Shown here in pieces: positions 14,357 to 28,548 of a stretch of DNA of 64,000 nt. The stretch is from the human T2T-CHM13v2.0 reference genome, Homo sapiens. The notes under the pieces were generated by a model. It worked only from the letters and a program-made list of their open reading frames with translations. It did not search any database and was not told the DNA's origin. Location of the stretch: the NCBI RefSeq assembly GCF_009914755.1, contig NC_060948.1; one strand, written 5' to 3'. A program made the translations under genes and the position numbers. Positions within the stretch are counted from its first letter, which is position 1. Every line of letters begins with the position of its first letter.

Positions 14357-17300
14357 ATGGAATCAAATCAATGGAATCTAATCAAATGGAATGGAAAGGA
14401 ATTGAATGGAGTATATTGGATTGGATGGGATTGGAATGAAATGTACTGGAAAGGACTCGAATTTCATGAAACGGAATGGAATGAATTGGAACGGAATGGA
14501 CTCGAATGGAATGGAATGACATGGAATGGCATCAAATGGAATGGCATCAAATGGAATGGAATCGAATACAATGGAATGCTATGGAATGGAATGGAATGCA
14601 TTGGAATGGAATGTCCTCTAATGGAATGGATTCGAGTGGAATGGAATCGAATATAATGGAGTCGAATGAAATGGAATTGAAAGGAATGGGATCGAATAGA
14701 ATGGAATATACTGGAATGTAATGTAATGAACTCGAATGTAATTGACTGGAATGGAATGTACATGAATGGAATGTAATCGAATGGAAAGTAATCCAATGGA
14801 ATAGAATCTAATGCAATAAAATCGACTCAGATAGAGTAGAATGTAATGGAATGGAGTGCAGTGCAATGGAATGGAATGGAATGGAATGCAATGGAATGGA
14901 ATGGAATGGAATGGAATGGGATGGAATGGGGTGGAATGGTATGGAATGGATAGTAATGGACTGGAGTGAAATGGACTGGAAAGGAATGGACTCAAATTGA
15001 AAGGGCTCGAAAGGAATGGAGACAAATGAAATGGTCTGGAATGGAATGAACACGAATGTAATGCAATCCAATAGAATGGAGTCGAATGGCATGGAATATA
15101 AAGAAATGGAATCGAAGAGAATGGAAACAAATGGAATGGAATTGAATGGAATGGAATTGAATGGAATGGGAACGAATGGAGTGAAATTGTATGCAGTAGA
15201 AGAGAATAGAATGGAATGCAAGCGAAAGGAAAGGAATGGATTGGAATGGAATGGAATTCATTGGAATGGAAGGGAATGTAGTGTAATGGACAGGCCTGGA
15301 ATAAAGTGGAATGCTACGGTCTCAAATAGAATAAAAATGTATGGAATGGAATGCAATGAAACGGAATCGAATGTCATAGAATGTAATGGAATGCAAAAAA
15401 ATGGAATCCAAAATCATTGACTGGAAAGGCTGGGTGTCGAAAGGAATTGACTCCAATGGAATGGAATCGAATGGAATGGAAGTGAATAGAATCGAACTAA
15501 ATCGAATGGAATGGAATTGATAGGAACGGAATGGAAAGGAATGCAATGATTTGGCATGGAATGGAATCGAATGGCATCGAATGGAATGGAATGGAATGCA
15601 ATGGAATGGAATGTATTAGAATGTAATGAACTTTAATGGAATGTACTCGAATGGATTCGACTGGAATGGAATGTTCTGGAAGTGAATGGACTCCAATGGA
15701 ATGGATTCAAAAGGAATGGAATCGTACGGAATGGAATCTAATGGAATGGAATTAAATGGAAATGAATCAAATTGAATAGCACGGAATTGAATTGAATGGA
15801 ATCGAATGCAATGGAATCTAATGAAACGGAAAGGAAAGGAATGGAATGGAATGGAATGGGCTGGAATGGAAAGGAATCGAAACGAATGGAATGGAATCGA
15901 ACTGAAGAGACTGGAATGGAATGCACTGGAATGGAAGGGAGTGTAATGGAAGGTTCTCGAAAAAAATGGAATCGAATGGAATGGAATTGAATGGAACGGA
16001 ATAGAGTCGAATGGAATTGAATGGAATGGAATGGACTAGAGTGAAATGGAATCGAACCACAAGGAATGGACAGGAATAGAATGGTCTCGAATTGAATGGA
16101 ATCGTATGGAATGGCATCAAACGGAATGGAATGGACAGCCACGGAATGGAATGCACTCGAATGCAATGGAGTCGAAACTAATGGACTGGAATAGAATGGA
16201 TTCGACTGGTACGGACTCCAATGGAATGGAATCGAATGGAAGGGAATCGAACGGAATGGACTCGAAGGGAAAAGACTGCAATGGAAAGGTCTCGAATGGA
16301 ATGGAAATTAATGGAATGGAATGGAATCGAATGAAATGGAGTCAAAAGGAATGGAATCGAATGGCAAGAAATCAAATGTAATGGAATCGCAAGGAATTGA
16401 TGTGAACGGAACGGAATGGAATGGAATCCAAAGGAATGGAATAGAATGGAATGGAATCGAATGGAAAGGACTCGAATGGAAATCACTCGAATAGAATGCA
16501 ATTTAATAAAATAGGATCAAATGTAATGGAATGGAATGGAAAGGAATCGAAACGAAAGGAATGGAGACCGATGGAATGGAATGGAACAGAGAGCAATGGT
16601 ATAGAATGGAATGGAATCATCTGGAATGGAATTGAATGGAATGGAATAATATGAAATGGAATGGAATGGAATGGAATGGAATGCCCTTGAATTAAATGGA
16701 CTGGAATGGAATGGACTCGAACACAGTGGAATGGAAAGTGTTGAGATAGAATGGAATGGACTCCTTCGGAATGGTGTAGTATGCAATGCAATCGACTGGC
16801 AGGGAATCAAAAGGAATGTAATGGAATGGATTGGACTGGAATGCAATGGACTCGAATAGATTGGAAACGGAATGCAAAGGAATGGAATGGAATAGTATGG
16901 AATGGAATGGAAAGGAATGGAGTGGAATAGACTAGAGTGGAATGGAATGGACTGGAAAGCAATGGACTGGAATGGAACTTTCTTGAATGGACTGGAATCA
17001 AACGGAATGGAATGCAATGCAATCAAATGGCATAGAATAAGATAGAATGAAAGAGAATCAAATGGAATTGAATGGAATGGAATCGAATGGATTGGAAAGG
17101 AATAGAATGGAATGGAATGGAATTGACTCAAATGGAATGGACTAGAATGGAATGGATTCGAATGGAAGGCAAAGGAATGGAATCTATTGGAATGGACTGT
17201 AATGGAATGCAATGGAAGTGATTGGAATGGACTCGAATGGAATGGACTGCAATAGAAAGGATTCGAATGGAATGAAAAAGAATTGAATGGAATAGAACAG

Positions 17301-17915
17301 AATGGAATCAAATCGAATGAAATGGAATGGAATAGAAAGGAATGGAATGAAATGGAATGGAAAGGATTCGAATGGAATGCAAACGAATGGAATGGAATCG
17401 AACGGAATGGAATAAAATGGAAGAAAACTGGCAAGAAATGGAATCGAAATGAATGGAGTGTTATGGAAGGGACTCAAAAGGAATTGAATGTAATAGAATG
17501 GAGTGGAGTGGACTCGAATATAATGGACTTGAATGGAATGAAATCACATGGAATGGGAACGAATGGAATGGAATGGAAAGGAATGGAATCGAATGGAAAG
17601 GAATCGAATGGAAGGGAATGAAATTGAACCAACAGGAATGGAAGGGAATAGAATAGACCGTAATGGAATGGACTCGAATAGAATGGACACGAATGCTCAA
17701 ATTGAATGGACTCGAATGGAATGGAAACGAAAGGAATGTCATCGAATGGAATTGAATCGATTGGAATGAAATCGCATAGAATGGAGTGGAATCAAATGGA
17801 ATTGAATCGAAAGGAAAGGAAGCGAATGGACTGAAATGAAATGGAATGGAATTGAATGGAAAGTAATGCAATGGAATAGAATGGAACGAAATTTCACGGA
17901 ATGGAATCAAACTGA
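14357..17915 (+). repeat. Unit 5 (3559 bp; dimer type A)
   Basis: GTATATTGG near 14411, TCCTTCGG at 16762. Confidence 0.9.
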
Positions 17916-20900
17916 ATGGAATCAAATCAATGGAATCTAATCAAATGGAATGGAAAGGAATTGAATGGAGTAGATTGGATTGGATGGGATTGGAATGAAA
18001 TGTACTGGAAAGGACTCGAATTTCATGAAACGGAATGGAATGAATTGGAACGGAATGGACTCGAATGGAATGGAATGTCATGGAATGGCATCAAATGGAA
18101 TGGCATCAAATGGAATGGAATCGAATGCAATGGAATGCTATGGAATGGAATGGAATGCATTGGAATGGAATGTCCTCTAATGGAATGGATTCGAGTGGAA
18201 TGGAATCGAATATAATGGAGTCGAATGAAATGGAATTGAAAAGAATGGGATCGAATACAATGGAATATACTGGAATGTAATGTAATGAACTCGAATGTAA
18301 TTGACTGGAATGGAATGTATATGAATGGAATGTAATCGAATGGAAAGTAATCCAATGGAATAGAATCTAATGCAATAAAATCGACTCAGATAGAGTAGAA
18401 TGTAATGGAATGGAGTGCAGTGCAATGGAATGGAATGGAATGGAATGCAATGGAATGGAATGGAATGGAATGGAATGGGATGGAATGGTATGGAATGGAT
18501 AATAATGGACTGGAGTGAAATGGACTGGAAAGGAATGGACTCAAATTGAAAGGGCTCGAAAGGAATGGAGACAAATGGAATGGTCTGGAATGGAATGAAC
18601 ACGAATGTAATGCAATCCAATAGAATAGAGTCGAATGGCATGGAATATAAAGAAATGGAATCGAAGAGAATAGAAACAAATGGAATGGAATTGAATGGAA
18701 TGGAATTGAATGGAATGGGAACGAATGGAGTGAAATTGTATGCAGTAGAAGAGAATAGAATGGAATGCAAGCGAAAGGAAAGGAATGGATTGGAATGGAA
18801 TGGAATTCATTGGAATGGAAGGGAATGTAGTGTAATGGACAGGCCTGGAATAAAGTGGAATGCTACGGTCTCGAGTGGAATAAAAATGTATGGATTGGAA
18901 TGCAATGAAACGGAATCGAATGTCATAGAATGTAATGGAATGCAAAAAAATGGAATCCGAAATCATTGACTGGAAAGGCTGGGTGTCGAAAGGAATTGAC
19001 TCCAATGGAATGGAATCGAATGGAATGGAAGTGAATAGAATCGAACTAAATCGAATGGAATGGAATTGATAGGAACGGAATGGAAAGGAATGCAATGATT
19101 TGGCACGGAATGGAATCGAATGGCATCGAATGGAATGGAATGGAATGCAGTGGAATGGAATGTATTAGAATGTAATGAACTTTAATGGAATGTACTCGAA
19201 AGGATTTGACTGGAATGGAATGTTCTGGAAGTGAATGGACTCCAATGGAATGGATTCGAAAGGAATGGAATCGTACGGAATGGAATCTAATGGAATGGAA
19301 TTAAATGGAAATGAATCAAATTGAATAGCACGGAATTGAATTGAATGGAATGGAATGCAATGGAATCTAATGAAACGGAAAGGAAAGGAATGCAATGGAA
19401 TGGAATGGGCTGGAATGGAAAGGAATCGAAACGAATGGAATGGAATCGAACTGAAGAGACTGGAATGGAATGCACTGGAATGGAAGGGAGTGTAATGGAA
19501 GGTTCTCGAAAAAAATGGAATCGAATGGAATGGAATTGAGTGGAACGGAATAGAGTCGAATGGAATTGAATGGAATGGAATGGACTAGAGTGAAATGGAA
19601 TCGAACCACAAGGAATGGACAGGAATAGAATGGTCTCGAATTGAATGGAATCGTATGGAATGGCATCAAACGGAATGGAATGGACAGCCACGGAATGGAA
19701 TGCACTCGAATGCAATGGAGTCGAAACTAATGGACTGGAATAGAATGGACTCGACTGGTACGGACTCCAATGGAATGGAATCGAATGGAAGGGAATCGAA
19801 CGGAATGGACTCGAAGGGAAAAGACTGCAATGGAACGGTCTCGAATGGAATGGAAATTAATGGAATGGAATGGAATCGAATGAAATGGAGTCAAAAGGAA
19901 TGGAATCGAATGGCAAGAAATCGAATGTAATGGAATCGCAAGGAATTGATATGGACGGAACGGAATGGAATGGAATCCAAAGGAATGGAATAGAATGGAA
20001 TGGAATCGAATGGAAAGGACTCGAATGGAAATCACTCGAATAGAATGCAATTTAATAAAATAGGATCAAATGTAATGGAATGGAATGGAAAGGAATCGAA
20101 ACGAAAGGAATGGAGACAGATGGAATGGAATGGAACAGATAGCAATGGTATACAATGGAATGGAATCATCTGGAATGGAATTGAATGGAATGGAATAATA
20201 TGAAATGGAATGGAATGGAATGGAATGGAATGCCCTTGAATTAAATGGACTGGACTCGAACAGAGTGGAATGGAAAGTGTTGAGATAGAATGGAATGGAC
20301 TCCTTTGGAATGGTCTAGTATGCAATGCAATCGACTGGCAGGGAATCAAAAGGAATGTAATGGAATGGATTGGACTGGAATGCAATGGACTCGAATAGAT
20401 TGGAAACGGAATGCAAAGGAATGGAATGGAATAGTATGGAATGGAATGGAAAGGAATGGAGTGGAATAGACTAGAGTGGAATGGAATGGACTGGAAAGCA
20501 ATGGACTGGAATGAAACTTTCTTGAATGGACTGGAATCAAACGGAATGGAATGCAATGCAATCAAATGGCATGGAATAAGATAGAATGAAAGAGAATCAA
20601 ATAGAATTGAATCGAATGGAATCGAATGGATTGGAAAGGAAGAGAATGGAATGGAATGGAATTGACTCAAATGGAATGGACTAGAATGGAATGGATTCGA
20701 ATGGAAGGCAAAGGAATGGAATCTATTGGAATGGACTGTAATGGAATGGAATGGAAGGGATTGGAATGGACTCGAATGGAATGGACTGCAATAGAAAGGA
20801 TTCGAATGGAATGAAAAAGAATTGAATGGAATAGAACAGAATGGAATCAAATCGAATGAAATGGAATGGAATAGAAAGGAATGGAATGAAATGGAATGGA

Positions 20901-21454
20901 AAGGATTCGAATGGAATGCAATCGAATGGAATGGAATCGAACGGAATGGAATAAAATGGAAGAAAACTGGCAAGAAATGGAATCGAAATGAATGGAGTGT
21001 TATGGAACGGACTCAAAAGGAATTGAATGTAATAGAATGGAGTGGAGTGAACTCGAATATAATGGACTGGAATGGAATGAAATCACATGGAATGGGAACG
21101 AATGGAATGGAATGGAAAGGAATGGAATCGAATGGAAAGGAATCGAACGGAAGGGAATGAAATTGAATCAACAGGAATGGAAGGGAATAGAATAGACTGT
21201 AATGGAATGGACACGAATAGAATGGACACGAATGCTCAAATTGAATGGACTCGAATGGAATGGAAAGGAAAGGAAAGTCATCGAATGGAATTGAATCGAT
21301 TGGAATGAAATCGCATAGAATGGAGTGGAATCAAATGGAATTGAATCGAAAGGAAAGGAAGCGAATGGACTGAAATGAAATGGAATGGAATGGAATGGAA
21401 AGTAACGCAATGGAATAGAATGGAAAGAAATTTCACGGAATGGAATCAAACTGA
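17916..21454 (+). repeat. Unit 6 (3539 bp; dimer type B)
   Basis: XhoI at 18870; 10-bp deletion near 20250. Confidence 0.9.
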
Positions 21455-24400
21455 ATGGAATCAAATCAATGGAATCTAATCAAATGGAATGGAAAGGAAT
21501 TGAATGGAGTATATTGGATTGGATGGGATTGGAATGAAATGTACTGGAAAGGACTCGAATTTCATGAAACGGAATGGAATGAATTGGAACGGAATGGACT
21601 CGAATGGAATGGAATGACATGGAATGGCATCAAATGGAATGGCATCAAATGGAATGGAATCGAATACAATGGAATGCTATGGAATGGAATGGAATGCATT
21701 GGAATGGAATGTCCTCTAATGGAATGGATTCGAGTGGAATGGAATCGAATATAATGGAGTCGAATGAAATGGAATTGAAAGGAATGGGATCGAATAGAAT
21801 GGAATATACTGGAATGTAATGTAATGAACTCGAATGTAATTGACTGGAATGGAATGTACATGAATGGAATGTAATCGAATGGAAAGTAATCCAATGGAAT
21901 AGAATCTAATGCAATAAAATCGACTCAGATAGAGTAGAATGTAATGGAATGGAGTGCAGTGCAATGGAATGGAATGGAATGGAATGCAATGGAATGGAAT
22001 GGAATGGAATGGAATGGGATGGAATGGTATGGAATGGATGGTAATGGACTGGAGTGAAATGGACTGGAAAGGAATGGACTCAAATTGAAAGGGCTGGAAA
22101 GGAATGGAGTCAAATGGAATGGTCTGGAATGGAATGAACACGAAAGTAATGCAATCCAATAGAATGGAATCGAATGGCATGGAATATAATGAAATGGAAT
22201 CGAAGAGAATGGAAACAAATGGAATGGAATTGAATGGAATGGAATTGAATGGAATGGGAACGAATGGAGTGAAATTGTATGCAGTAGAAGGGAATAGAAT
22301 GGAATGCAAGCGAAAGGAAAGGAATGGATTGGAATGGAATGGAATTCATTGGAATGGAAGGGAATGTAGTGTAATGGACAGGCCTGGAATAAAGTGGAAT
22401 GCTACGGTCTCGAATGGAATAAAAATGTATGGAATGGAATGCAATGAAACGGAATCGAATGTCATAGAATGTAATGGAATGCAAAAAAATGGAATCCAAA
22501 ATCATTGACTGGAAAGGCTGGGTGTCGAAAGGAATTGACTCCAATGGAATGGAATCGAATGGAATGGAAGTGAATAGAATGGAACTAAATCGAATGGAAT
22601 GGAATTCATAGGAACGGAATGGAAAGGAATGCAATGATTTGGCATGGAATGGAATCGAATGGCATCGAATGGAATGGAATGGAATGCAATGGAATGGAAT
22701 GTATTAGAATGTAATGAACTTTAATGGAATGTACTCGAATGGATTCGACTGGAATGGAATGTTCTCGAAGTGAATGGACTCCAATGGAATGGATTCGAAA
22801 GGAATGGAATCTAATGGAATGGAATTAAATGGAAATGAATCAAATTGAATAGAACGGAATTGAATTGAATGGAATCGAATGCAATGGAATCTAATGAAAC
22901 GGAAAGGAAAGGAATGGAATGGATTGGAATGGAATGGGCTGGAATGGAATGGAATCGAAACGAATGGAATGGAATCGAACTGAAGAGACTGGAATGGAAT
23001 GCACTGGAATGGAAGGGAATGTAATGGAAGGTTCTCGAAAAAAATGGAATCGAAAGGAATGGAATTGAATGGAACGGAATAGAGTCGAATGGAATTGAAT
23101 GGAATGGAATGGACTAGAGTGAAATGGAATCGAACCACAAGGAATGGACAGGAATAGAATGGTCTCGAATTGAATGGAATCGTATGGAATGGCATCAATC
23201 GGAATGGAATGGACAGCCACGGAATGGAATGGACACCCACGGAATGGAATGCACTCGAATGCAATGGAGTCGACACTAATGGACTGGAATAGAATGGACT
23301 CGACTGATACGGACTCCAATGGAATGGAATCGAATGGAAGGGAATCGAACGGAATGGACTCGAAGGAAAAAGACTGCAATGGAAAGGTCTCCAATGGAAT
23401 GGAAATTAATGGAATGGAATGGAATCGAATGAAATGGAGTCAAAAGGAATGGAATCGAATGGCAAGAAATCGAATGTAATGGAATCGCAAGGAATTGATG
23501 TGAACGGAACGGAATGGAATGGAATCCAAAGGAATGGAATAGAATGGAATGGAATCGAATGGAAAGGACTCGAATGGACATCACTCGAATAGAATGCAAT
23601 TTAATAAAATAGGATCAAATGTAATGGAATGGAATGGAAAGGAATCGAAACGAAAGGAATGGAGACAGATGGAATGGAATGGAACAGAGAGCAATGGTAT
23701 AGAATGGAATGGAATCATCTGGAATGGAATTGAATGGAATGGAATAATATGAAATGGAAAGGAATGGAATGGAATGCCCTTGAATTAAATGGACTGGAAT
23801 GGAATGGACTCGAACAGAGTGGAATGGAAAGTGTTGAAATAGAATGGAATGGACTCGTTTGGAATGGTCTAGTAAGCAATGCAATCGACTGGCAGGGAAT
23901 CAAAAGGAATGTAATCGAATGGATTGGACTGGAATGCAATGGACTCGAATAGATTGGAAACGGAAAGCAAAGGAATGGAATGGAATAGTATGGAATGCAA
24001 TGGAAAGGAATGGAGTGGAATAGACTAGAGTGGAATGGAATGGACTCGAAAGCAATGGACTGGAATGGAACTTTCTTGAATGGACTGGAATCAAACGGAA
24101 TGGAATGCAATGCAATCAAATGGCATGGAATAAAATAGAATGAAAGAGAATGAAATGGAATTGAATCGAATGGAATCGAATGGATTGGAAAGGAATAGAA
24201 TGGAATGGAATGGAATTGACTCAAATGGAATGGACTAGAATGGAATGGATTCGAATGGAAGGCAAAGGAATGGAATCTATTGGAATGGACTGTAATGGAA
24301 TGGAATGGAAGGGATTGGAATGGACTCGAATGGAATGGACTGCAATAGAAAGGATTCGAATGGAATGAAAAAGAATTGAATGGAATAGAACAGAATGGAA

Positions 24401-25023
24401 TCAAATCGAATGAAATGGAATGGAATAGAAAGGAATGGAATGAAATGGAATGGAAAGGATTCGAATTGAATGCAATCGAATGGAATGCAATCGAATGGAA
24501 TGGAATCGAAAGGAATGGAATAAAATTGAAGAAAACTGGCAAGAAATGGAGTCGAAATGAATGGAGTGTTATGGAACCGACTCAAAAGGAATTGAATGTA
24601 ATAGAATGGAGTGGAGTGGACTCGAATATAATGGACTGGAATGGAATGAAATCACATGGAATGGGAACGAATGGAATGGAATGGAAAGGAATGGAATCGA
24701 ATGGAAAGGAATCGAATGGAAGGGAATGAAATTGAATCAACAGGAATGGAAGGGAGTAGAATAGACGGTAATGGAATGGACTCGAATAGAATGGACACGA
24801 ATGCTCAAATTGAATGGACTCGAATGGAATGGAAACGAAAGGAATGTCATCGAATGGAATTGAATCGATTGGAATGAAATCACATAGAATGGAGTGGAAT
24901 CAAATGGAATTGAATCGAAAGGAAAGGAAGCGAATGGACTGAAATGAAATGGAATGGAATTGAATGGAAATTAATGCAATGGAATAGAATGGAACGAAAT
25001 TTCACGGAATGGAATCAAACTGA
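21455..25023 (+). repeat. Unit 7 (3569 bp; junction unit: type A start, SalI-subfamily body)
   Basis: Type A markers to ~21800; SalI GTCGAC at 23269; 20-bp duplication at 23201-23240. Confidence 0.88.
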
Positions 25024-28000
25024 ATGGAATCAAATCAATGGAATCAAATCAAATGGAATGGAAAGGAATTGAATGGAGTAGATTGGATTGGATGGGATTG
25101 GAATGAAATGTACTGGAAAGGACTCGAATTTCATGAAACGGAATGGAATGAATTGGAACGGAATGGACTCGAATGGAATGGAATGTCATGGAATGGCATC
25201 AAATGGAATGGAATCGAATGCGATGGAATGCTATGGAATGGAATGGAATGCATTGGAATGGAATGTCCTCTAATGGAATGTATTCGAGTGGAATGGAATC
25301 GAATATAATGGAGTCTAATGAAATGGAATTGAAAGGAATGGGACCGAATACAATGGAATATACTGGAATGTAATGTAATGAACTCGAATGTAATTGACTG
25401 GAATGGAATGTACATGAATGGAATGTAATCGAATGGAAAGCAATCCAATGGAATAGAATCTAATGCAATAAAATCGACTCAAATAGAGTAGAATGTAATG
25501 GAATGGAGTGCAGTGCAATGGAATGGAATGGAATGGAATGCAATGGAATGGAATGGAATGGAATGGAATGGGATGGAATGGTATGGAATGGATAGTAATG
25601 GACTGGAGTGAAATGGACTGGAAAAGAATGGACTCAAATTGAAAGGGCTCGAAAGGAATGGAGTCAAATGGAATGGTCTGGAATGGAATGAACACGAATG
25701 TAATGCAATCCAATGGAATGGAATCGAATGGCATGGAATATAAAGAAATGGAATCGAAGAGAATGGAAACAAATGGAATGGAATTGAATGGAATGGAATT
25801 GAATGGAATGGGAACGAATGGAGTGAAATTGTATGCAGTAGAAGAGAATAGAATTGAATGCAAGCGAAAGGAAAGGAATGGATTGGAATGGAATGGAATT
25901 CATTGGAATGGAAGGGAATGTAGTGTAATGGACAGGCCTGGAATAAAGTGGAATGCTACGGTCTCGAATGGAATAAAAATGTATGGAATGGAATGCAATG
26001 AAACGGAATCGAATGTCATAGAATGTAATGGAATGCAAAAAAAATGGACTCCAAAATCATTGACTGGAAAGGCTGGGTGTCGAAAGGAATTGACTCCAAT
26101 GGAATGGAAGTGAATAGAATCGAACTAAATCGAATGGAATGGAATTGATAGGAACGGAATGGAAAGGAATGCAATGATTTGGCATGGAATGGAATCGAAT
26201 GGCATCGAATGGAATGGAATGGAATGCAATGGAATGGAATGTATTAGAATGTAATGAACTTTAATGGAATGTACTCGAATGGATTCGACTGGAATGGAAT
26301 GTTCTCGAAGTGAATGGACTCCAATGGAATGGATTCGAAAGGAATGGAATCTAATGGAATGGAATTAAATGGAAATGAATCAAATTGAATAGAACGGAAT
26401 TGAATTGAATGGAATCGAATGCAATGGAATCTAATGAAACGGAAAGGAAAGGAATGGAATGGATTGGAATGGAATGGGCTGGAATGGAATGGAATCGAAA
26501 CGAATGGAATGGAATCGAACTGAAGAGACTGGAATGGAATGCACTGGAATGGAAGGGAATGTAATGGAAGGTTCTCGAAAAAAATGGAATCGAAAGGAAT
26601 GGAATTGAATGGAACGGAATAGATTCGAATGGAATTGAATGGAATGGAATGGACTAGAGTGAAATGGAATCGAACCACAAGGAATGGACAGGAATAGAAT
26701 GGTCTCGAATTGAATGGAATCGTATGGAATGGCATCAAACGGAATGGAATGGACAGCCACGGAATGGAATGGACACCCACGGAATGGAATGCACTCGAAT
26801 GCAATGGAGTCGACATTAATGGACTGGAATAGAATGGACTCGACTGGTACGGACTCCAATGGAATGGAATCGAATGGAAGGGAATGGAACGGAATGGACT
26901 CGAAGGGAAAAGACTGCAATGGAAAGGTCTCGAATGGAATGGAAATTAATGGAATGGAATGGAATCGAATGAAATGGAGTCAAAAGGAATGGAATCGAAT
27001 GGCAAGAAATCGAATGTAATGGAATCGCAAGGAATTGATGTGAACGGAACGGAATGGAATGGAATCCAAAGGAATGGAATAGAATGGAATGGAATCGAAT
27101 GGAAAGGACTCGAATGGAAATCACTCGAATAGAATGCAATTTAATAAAATAGGATCAAATGTAATGGAATGGAATGGAAAGGAATCGAAACGAAAGGAAT
27201 GGAGACAGATGGAATGGAATGGAACAGAGAGCAATGGTATAGAATGGAATGGAATCATCTGGAATGGAATTGAATGGAATGGAATAATATGAAATGGAAT
27301 GGAATGGAATGGAATGCCCTTGAATTAAATGGACTGGAATGGAATGGACTCGAACAGAGTGGAATGGAAAGTGTTGAAATAGAATGGAATGGACTCGTTT
27401 GGAATGGTCTAGTATGCAATGCAATAGACTGGCAGGGAATCAAAAGGAATGTAATCGAATGGATTGGACTGGAATGCAATGGACTCGAATAGATTGGAAA
27501 CGGAAAGCAAAGGAATGGAATGGAATAGTATGGAATGGAATGGAAAGGAATGGAGTGGAATAGACTAGAGTGGAATGGAATGGACTCGAAAGCAATGGAC
27601 TGGAATGGAACTTTCTTGAATGGACTGGAATCAAACGGAATGGAATGCAATGCAATCAAATGGCATGGAATAAAATAGAATGAAAGAGAATCAAATGGAA
27701 TTGAATCGAATGGAATCGAATGGATTGGAAAGGAATAGAATGGAATGGAATGGAATTGACTCAAATGGAATGGACTAGAATGGAATGGATTCGAATGGAA
27801 GGCAAAGGAATGGAATCTATTGGAATGGACTGTAATGGAATGGAATGGAAGGGATTGGAATGGACTCGAATGGAATGGACTGCCATAGAAAGGATTCGAA
27901 TGGAATGAAAAAGAATTGAATGGAATAGAACAGAATGGAATCAAATCGAATGAAATGGAATGGAATAGAAAGGAATGGAATGAAATGGAATGGAAAGGAT

Positions 28001-28548
28001 TCGAATGGAATGCAATCGAATGGAATGCAATCGAACGGAATGGAATAAAATGGAAGAAAACTGGCAAGAAATGGAGTCGAAATGAATGGAGTGTTATGGA
28101 ACCGACTCAAAAGGAATTGAATGTAATAGAATGGAGTGGAGTGGACTCGAATATAATGGACTGGAATGGAATGAAATCACATGGAATGGGAACGAATGGA
28201 ATGGAATGGAAAGGAATGGAATAGAATGGAAAGGAATCGAATGGATGGGAATGAAATTGAATCAACAGGAATGGAAGGGAGTAGAATAGACGGTAGTGGA
28301 ATGGACTCGAATAGAATGGACACGAATGCTCAAATTGAATGGACTCGAATGGAATGGAAACGAAAGGAATGTCATCGAATGGAATTGAATCGATTGGAAT
28401 GAAATCACATAGAATGGAGTGGAATCAAATGGAATTGAATCGAAAGGAAAGGAAGCGAATGGACTGAAATGAAATGGAATGGAATTGAATGGAAATTAAT
28501 GCAATGGAATAGAATGGAACGAAATTTCACGGAATGGAATCAAACTGA
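25024..28548 (+). repeat. Unit 8 (3525 bp; SalI subfamily)
   Basis: SalI at 26809; A8 instead of A7 at 26037-26044; private 15-bp deletion near 26100. Confidence 0.88.

Larger units (their letters stand above)
2300..21900 (+). repeat. ~7.1 kb dimeric higher-order repeat (A/B alternation), ~2.75 copies
   Basis: XhoI at 4669, 11772, 18870 (spacing 7103, 7098). TCCTTCGG at 2571, 9664, 16762 (spacing 7093, 7098). Ends are approximate. Confidence 0.85.
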
